Shown in pieces: positions 35,362 through 42,299 of a stretch of DNA of 42,299 nt. The position numbers and the translations under genes are program-made. Source of the stretch: Balamuthia mandrillaris (taxonomy: Eukaryota); the NCBI GenBank assembly GCA_031835245.2, contig JAVKOQ020000060.1, forward strand, positions 186,001 to 228,299. The letters run 5' to 3'. Below the pieces are notes generated by a model that worked only from the letters and a program-made list of their open reading frames with translations, had not been told where the DNA came from and searched no databases. Numbering within the stretch: the stretch's first letter is position 1; every line of letters begins with the position of its first letter.

Positions 35362-35858
35362 ATGGACGCCAAAGAGGAACGGACAGGAGAAGAGGGGGAT
35401 CAAGAGGAGCACGAGGAGGGCAAAGAACAAGCCACGCGGATGCAGGCCGTGTTCCCCATCACCCGTATCAAAAAGATTGTAAAGTCCGACCCGGACGTGA
35501 AGCTAATCAGCACTGACGCTGTCCACATGATTTCTAAATCGACTGTACGACTGTCTCCTCATCGAGATCACTTCTTTTTGTGTGGAATACTCACGCTTTG
35601 TTGATGCAGGAGCTGTTTCTTGACTATCTCACCAAACAAGCCTACACCTACACTCAAGAAGAAGGCAAAAAGACACTTCAGTACCGAGACTTGGGTACCT
35701 CTCTACTCTCTTCTCTCTCTACTGTCGCAAAAACTCAGCATTGCACCTCAACAGCAAAATGTGTGGAAGAGGTGGACGTGCTGGACTTTCTCCTCGACAT
35801 CATCCCACCCACAGAAAACATACGGTCCCCTGACTTCCCCAACAACAATCCCGAATAA
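35362..35858 (+). CDS. Histone-fold protein of the POLE4/CHRAC1 (Dpb3-like, H2A/NF-YC type) family, 3 exons
   Basis: FPITRIKKIVKSDPDVKLISTDAVHMISKST/ELFLDYLTKQAY..KKTLQYRDL/AKCVEEVDVLDFLLDIIP. Confidence 0.88.
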
Positions 35859-35865
35859 AAAGACA

Positions 35866-35998
35866 GAACAAGAAGGAGAGGAAGAGGAAGAGGAAGAAGA
35901 AGAAGAAGAAGAAGAACAAGAACAAGAGAAAGAAGAAGAACAACAACAACAACAAGAAGAAGAAGAACAAGAAGAAGAACAACAACAAGAAGAAGAGA
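35866..35998. repeat. (GAA)/(CAA) microsatellite between convergent 3' ends
   Basis: Tandem gaa/gag/caa units after the histone-fold gene stop. Confidence 0.88.
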
Positions 35999-36063
35999 AA
36001 TTAGAGTGCATCTTTTTTCTTGAAACAAAAAGAAAAAAATAGAAAGAAAAACAAAACATTCAA

Positions 36064-37762
36064 CTATGTAGAAGAAGGAGAAGGGGACGCAGAAGGAAGA
36101 TGAACAACAACGCCGCCGTGCCTGTTGATCTCGGCCAAGAACCACTTGCGAGCGCGTATGTTGGCCATACCGCTGACTTGCTCCCAAGTCAACCCGTTCT
36201 GCTCCAACTCTTGCTTGCTCTCCTTTCTCACATCATTGCAAATCCACTCCACAAATTCTCCTATCAAATGCGTCTTGCTTCCAGTGTTGTTGTTTACTTC
36301 TTGTTGTAGTGAAGGTGAAGGAGAAGAAGAAATGATGACTTCCTCCCAGCCTTGACGCAAACGAGCTTCTGTGAAGAAGAGGTCTAAAAACTGCTCTGCG
36401 CTCTCCACCAGCTCGGGAGAGAGCTGCACACTCTTCTTGCCAGCGATGACGCTGTGTGTTGGTCCTTTGGTCTTGAAGCTCAAGGCTTGAAAGAGGTCTG
36501 GAGAGAGTTCAACTCGCTGTTCTGCTTCTTCTTTAACTTCTTCAGAAGCCAAAGGGAAAGAAACAGGATACCAGACGAGACCTTCGCCGCTGCCGCTGAC
36601 GCCGAACCGAGACTTAACCCACGGATCCTCTTTGTCCACGTTCTCCACTAGAACGTTCATTCGATCCACCTCTTTGATCAACTGTCCTTCCGAAGAAGCA
36701 AAGTCCATTTGTACTTGTATCAGTTCCGCTTCTTCATCCTCTTTTGAAGCGTAAGAAGGAGACAATGAAGGAAACCACGGTAGGACAATGAGGTCTTGAG
36801 GCATGGGCAGAGCGCCTTCTTGTTGGAGGAAGGAGAGGATTTGGTCAGGAGCGACAATGAGCTTGGACTTGTCCAAGAGCAGCGCGAATACAGCGTACAT
36901 TCGCTGGTCCACGTTGCAGATGGCTGCTCCTCTCATTATTCCTTTTATTTTGTTTCCAAGAGAAAAGGAAGCAAGAAAAAAAAGTTAAAATCATGATGAT
37001 GCAAGAAGAAAGCAAAAGAAGAAAGAAAGAAACCTTTGCCACACCACTCTCCAAAGACGGTGACAGATTTGTATCCAGCATTCTGCTTGTAGAGTGACTT
37101 GAAGTATGCTTTGCGGTCCTTGTGCAGCGCCCACTCTGCAAAACCATGGTGGTCCTTCTCTTTCGTCAAGAACTTGTTACGACTCTGCACAAAGATATCG
37201 TTGCCGTTGTGTTGAATGCTGATGGCACCGTTGGTGCCGTGAAGCTTAATCTTGGCGCGATAAGTGATGGAGGAAGGAAGCTGCAGCTTTGGCTCTTTTT
37301 GCTTGTCCTTGTTTGCGTCTTCTTCTCCTTTTTCTCCAGTCGCTTCTTTTGCTTTTTCTTCGTGTGGTTCTGGTTGGTTGGGTTCAGTGATTCGAGCTCG
37401 AACGTTGTAGAAGAGACCAATCTCAGGCCAACGATAGAATGTGCCCTTTGGCCTCCTTCGTCGCTTCTTCTCTGCTTCCTCTGTTTAGCAAAATGCATTG
37501 TTATCAACAAACCCAAAAGAGAGAGAGAGAGAGAGCAGGAATAAGAAACGAGCAGAGAGATGGGCCAACAAATCATGAAAAAATTATGAGGAAAAGAGGA
37601 GAGGGAAGAAAACGTACTTTTGAGTTGAGGGTAAAGGTCAGGATAGTTACGAAGCAGCCATGGTTTGCACCGATTGAACACACTCTTCGTGTTGTATTCA
37701 CAATACTCTGGAGGAAGTCCACACACTTTTTGTTTGTTTTTGTCGAGAGAAAACTGTAGATG

Positions 37763-37800
<38 letters not shown>

Positions 37801-38024
37801 AATCTCTCTGTCTGCCGAGGAAAAATTTGAAATGACTTTTTTTTTTCATGCTACTTACTCGGACAATAGACAACGTCTCGGCCAGAGTGTAAGAAAGGCA
37901 CCACGGTGTCTTCCCCTTGCTCGACAACATTCTCTGCCTCTGCCTCCTCCTCTTCCTCTGCTACCGAAGGAGTAGCAGCAGCAGCAGCAGCAAGCTTGTT
38001 CGTTGCGTCTTCTGTGGAGCTCAT
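36064..38024 (-). CDS. Fusion protein: DENR/Tma22 N-terminal zinc-binding domain + ATP-dependent RNA ligase (Rnl2-like nucleotidyltransferase); exons 38024-37859, 37725-37618, 37480-37034, 36941-36064
   Basis: Spliced frame reads VVYCPMCGLPPEYCEYNTKSVFNRCKPWLLRNYPDLYPQLKKEAEKKRRRRPKGTFYRWPEIGLFYNVRAR..YRAKIKLHGTNGAI..QSRNKFL..DHHGFA..VFGEWCGKGIMRGAAI..GEGLVWYP..FKTKGPTHS..FTEARLRQG..DVRKES; all three introns are GT-AG and phase-compatible. Confidence 0.82.
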
Positions 38025-38046
38025 TTTTTGTTTTCTTTTTTTTTTG

Positions 38047-38060
38047 TTTTGTCGACAAAA
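38047..38060. promoter_or_regulatory. Palindromic TTTTGTCGACAAAA, candidate core-promoter motif upstream of the DENR-ligase ATG
   Basis: The same GTCGAC core lies 27-47 bp upstream of four other or same-type start codons in the window (3122, 8576, 18511, 38051). Confidence 0.45.
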
Positions 38061-38276
38061 GAACAGATGTTTGATTTTGATTTGCTAAAGATTTGATCAT
38101 TCCCTCCCTAAAATTTCAAACCAACAAAAAATCAGAAAAAAATCTGTTTGTCTGCCCTTTGATTTTTGATTGGTGCTTTTGTTGGTACGATCTGACGGAC
38201 CTTTCCTGTTTCTGTTCGTCGCTCCACGTTTTTCCTTCACTCCTGTTCTCTCCCTCCGCAGCAATGAAAGAGGGAC

Positions 38277-40716
38277 TCAGTATAAAGAACCGCACAGCAA
38301 TGCCGTCAATCTGACCCATGAAACGAGTCTTGGTCCACTATGAATACCTAAACTTACAAAGAGAGCAAAGGATGAAGCGAGAGAGAGAGAGAGAGAGGTG
38401 ACCAAGTATTTCTTTGGTATTGTTCGGCTGCGAAAAGTCTGATTTTTAAAAGAGAGAACCCTGGACAAAGAGCTTATGCGTGGCTTTGAGCTTGGATTCA
38501 TCGTAAGGTGGATAGCGAACAGCTGGATCCAACCAGGTGCCCCGCTTCAGTACCGACTTGAAGTTCGAGAATGTATCAAAACTGTGTTTTCCACGATAGC
38601 TTCCCATTCCACTTGCTGTTTAGTTTGTATCAACAACAAAGAGGAGTAAGAATACAAGAAATAGACAGACAAACAGAAGACAAAAGAGAAGAGAATGGCG
38701 AACAAACAGAAGAACACTAACCTCCATTTCCACCGAAAGGAGCATCAATGACAGAGTAGTTCATCATGCAGTCGTTAACGCCCACTTGACCTGAGCTTGT
38801 CTCTTGCACAAAGGTTTCAATGTCAACCGAGTTGGAAGAGAACATGTATGCAAAGAGAGGCTTTCCGTTTTTCTTTTCTTGTCTCTTGATAAACTTTATT
38901 GCAGCCTTTGAATGAAGAAGATAAGAACACAAGCAGGTGATAGACAGAACGATAAAGAAGACCAACGAAGAAAATAAGAAGAAGAAGAACAAGAAGTGGA
39001 AGAAGAAGAATCTGAAGAAGAGGTAGATGATGAAGAAGTGGAAGAAGAAGAATCTGAAGAACAAGAGGATGAAAGATCCAAACCTCAAGATTTGTAACAG
39101 GAAAAACTGAACACAGCGGAGCAAATATTTCTTCCTCCATGATGGAAGAGTCCAACGGAGGCTCTCGAATGAAGGTCGGGGCAATGGTCAGAGTTTCTTC
39201 ATCGTAAGTTCCTCCGAATATCACGTTCTCTTCCACCTCTTGCAACAACCCCAACACTCGCTTGAAATGGCCTTCTGAAATGATTCTGGGTCATTTAAGA
39301 GGATAACATTGAGTCAGACCCACAAGCTCGGAAAGAAATATGCGACTAAGAAAACGTGAAGCAACAACAAACTTGCTAAAGTCAGGAGACTTCAAAGGAT
39401 CATCTCCATAAAACTCTTTGATGTTCGCTTTCAAAGCTTCCATCAGCGGCTCCATGACTTCTGGATCCACCAGCAGATAGTCAGGACTCATGCAAACCTG
39501 CCCTCCGTTTACGCACTTGGCCCAGGCGATTCTCCTTGCTGCTACAGGGATGTTGGCCGTACGGTCGATGAAGCAAGGGTTCTTTCCTCCAAGCTCCAAG
39601 GTTAAGGGGGTGAGGTACTCTGCTGCCGCCTTGGCCACGAACTTGGCCACGCGACCTCCTCCTGTATAGACTAGAGCAAGCCGTAAACAAAGGAGAAGAG
39701 AGAAGAGAAAAGGGACAAAGATAGGCAAACGAAAGACGGCAGACAGATAGAGGAGAGTCAAGAGGTGAGTACAAATGTGGTCCCACTGCTCTTGCAACAA
39801 GACTTTTGCGATGGAGGCGTCTCCTTCCACGACGCGGACTGCAGTATTGTCGAGATACTTTGGTACTTGAGAGGCCAAGAGAAGGGAAGCGTGGGGAGCT
39901 AACTCTGAAGGCTTCAATACCGCACAATTGCCTGCCGCTATTGCTCCAATCTACGAAGACAACGGTGGTCATCTTCCGAAGAAAGGAGAAGAAGAAGAGG
40001 AGAAGGAAGAAGAAGAACGAAGAAGCACAGCAACACAGCAGCGACTAAAGGATGGAACCGCACCAACGGAATAACAGCCAACGCCCAAGGACCGTTCCAC
40101 GGAGCGATGATAAGAACCACTCCTTTTGGCTCTGCGGAAAGCGTATGTAAGGTAATGAACTAAGAAGCGCCAAAGCAGAAGGAGCGAACCAGGATAAGTG
40201 TTGCAACTGCCATCCAGCTTGAGCAACAAGGGCACCGAGTGCTTCTTTGGGCTGACCCATGACTTGAGTTCCTTTTGGGCTTTCCTCACCTCGTCCAAAC
40301 AAAAAGCCATCTCAAAGCCAACCTACAGATCATTTGAAACACGTCAACCACCAAAGACAGAAGACACAAGAAGTCAGAAAGAAAGAAGAGAAAGAAACCG
40401 TTTCAACTGGGGCACGATGAAGGTCAACAGCAGCAGCGTCCACGATCCACTTCTCGTTGTCCAGCACCATCTGCTCGATCGCCTTCAACTGCCTCAGCCT
40501 CCATTCCAAGGACCTCGTCGCCCCCGTATCGAAGTTGGCGCGAAGGCCTTCCACCACTTCCGGGACTTCCGCAGGAGCGGGCGAGGCGGGGCAGCTTGCT
40601 CTCAGCCCCTCCCAGTCCAATGATTGACCTGAAGAAGAAGACGACGAGGCAGCATCGGTCTCTTTCTCTTTGTCTTTATGTTGTGGTGGAGTGGAGGTTG
40701 AAACCGCGTTACCCAT
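38277..40716 (-). CDS. ALDH3: Class 3 (fatty) aldehyde dehydrogenase, multi-exon
   Basis: TRSLEWRLRQLKA; VLIIAPWNGP; KPSELAP; YTGGGRVAK; PLTLELGGKNP; NGGQVCMSPDY (catalytic Cys); EEEIFAP; APFGG; RYPPY; short hydrophobic last exon. Confidence 0.92.
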
Positions 40717-41479
40717 TGTTGTTCACTTTTATCTCTTGGCCGTTGTGTTGGTCTGTGTTGTTTTGTTTTTTAAAAGAAAGAAAACTTGAAAGAAATGAAG
40801 CAGAATAAAAATGAGTTCCTATAATGACTCTATTCGTCATGATAGGAATGCACTTTAAAAAACAAACCGAGAAAGAATGAGATGCCTCGCTCGTTCGAAT
40901 TGCTTAGAAGAATGAAAGCAGCGTTACGATTGGTGGTGGCAATAACCTCGTTCGTTCTCATCACCTTGTTTCGCCTAACGGCACGGTTGGCTGTGCTATG
41001 CTCAACATTATTAATTGTGAATTATCGATTTTATTGAATATATTCATAGAAAATCATAATCCAACAAAAGCAATTGATTATCGGCAACTTGGCACAACTA
41101 TTGACCACCGCGCAACGGTCTGGTTTGGAGGTGGTCCATTGCGTACACACCGAAAGTAGCACGGAGGGGCAGGGACATTTTTGCTGCCCTTTTTCCACTT
41201 GTCATTTCATTTCAGTCAAAGATCGAAAAGAGAGTAAAAGAAAGAAAAGGCTAAAACGACAACAGGAAGGAAAGGATGGTAGCGGAAGTACCAACAAGGA
41301 ACCACAAAAGACTGCGTTTGTCTGTGTTGTTTTTTTAAACAAGAAAAAAAGAAGTGAAACCTTTGTATGACCGATGCAACTCAAACTGTTTGCCAGCAAC
41401 AAGAAGAGCTAGATAAAAGCAGAGAAGGAAGAAGAACCGGAAAAAAACAAAGTCTTCCTCCACAACTTCGCCACCTGCT

Positions 41480-41830
41480 TGTTGTTTGGTGGAAGACCTA
41501 TTGCCAGACGAAGTCTTGGACCTGTTGCTCGGAGGAGAGCATGGCTCCGGCAGGCCGCAAAGCGGTTCGCCAGCAAAGCACGGCCATTTGGAGGTGCTGC
41601 AGTGGTTGCGGGGCCAACGACAAGGAAAGGGCATTTGGAGGTGGTGCAATGGTGCTGCTGCCAATGGGCGTCCTTCCAAGTCTTTGTGCAGGCAGCCTGC
41701 ACAATGACCCTTGGGACGTGTTGCAGCGTTGGGCAAGCGGTGGTGAGCAAAGGAAAAAGGTTCATCATGGAACCCATTTTGTGGGGGGCACACTGCTGGG
41801 GGGAGAGGTTGCTGCTAATTGCTCCTTGAG
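41480..41830 (+). pseudogene. Degraded F-box/ankyrin-repeat gene of the amoeba/giant-virus 'GHLEVLQW' type
   Basis: EDLLPDEVLDLLL (F-box-like start), AKHGHLEVLQWLR, then KGHLEVVQW and AAANGRP / DPWD fragments in different reading frames, indicating frameshifts and deletions. Confidence 0.65.
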
Positions 41831-42299
41831 AAAGGGATATGGGACCGAAAGCGTCCAACATTCCCGCTGAAATCTGCGTTCGAACGATGCGGTAATGCAG
41901 CCCCCTTTCGAGTCAATAATGTAGCTATAAAGGCCCAACAACAATAAAAGAAAAAGAAGAAAGAAAAAGGCCCGAGAAAAAAAAAGAAAGAAGGGGGTCG
42001 GCCGCCTTCTTTTTTTTTTTCTTTTGTTCCTTCCACCTTTTTTTTCGTAGAATAGTTGCAGCTGTTCTTTTGTGTACTCTTAAGTAACGCCACACTTTTT
42101 CGCAAAGGGTTCTCCTCTCTTCTAAGCACCTTGATCAAACAATCGTTATAGCTTCATTTTTCATCTCTACCTTTCTTTTTCAACTCTCCTCGTTTTATTT
42201 TAGTTTATTTTATTTGTAACGATAGAGAAATGTCGCTCTTTTCACATCTGTTGGCGTTTGTATTGGGCGGCATCTTCTTTCTCGGTGGCAGCGTGACCC

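Noticed and set aside
37166..37726. 186-aa ORF read as a stand-alone DENR protein
   Set aside because: After PQLK it runs through a (CT)-containing intron and continues out of frame; the spliced frame continues into the ligase instead.

Overview
This is a gene-dense eukaryotic window with short GT-AG introns, many filled with (CT)n or trinucleotide microsatellites. Gene content and style suggest a free-living amoebozoan (Acanthamoeba/Balamuthia-like; inference only). It holds about 17 protein-coding genes: a partial gene, UBE2G2/Ubc7, a zeta-crystallin-type quinone oxidoreductase ending in -AKL, a RING1-like PRC1 subunit, an F-box/SPRY protein, a P5A-ATPase, a LisH-RasGEF, a low-complexity nuclear protein, a Frizzled/Smoothened-like receptor, a small orphan ORF, a Dsc3-like protein, a BAR-SH3 protein, proteasome Rpt4, a POLE4/CHRAC-type histone-fold protein, a fusion gene and ALDH3. 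It also holds a decayed ankyrin-repeat gene and one apparently intact ~6.5 kb non-LTR retrotransposon (RRM ORF1; APE-RT-RNase H-zinc finger ORF2; structured UTRs). The most striking observation is a four-exon gene at 36064-38024 (-). Its manually spliced product joins the zinc-binding, MCTS1-interacting N-terminal domain of translation factor DENR/Tma22 in frame to a complete ATP-dependent RNA ligase of phage/bacterial type, in place of the usual SUI1 domain. It is a candidate ribosome-targeted RNA repair enzyme. All exon boundaries were read by eye, and family calls come from recalled motifs, not database searches.
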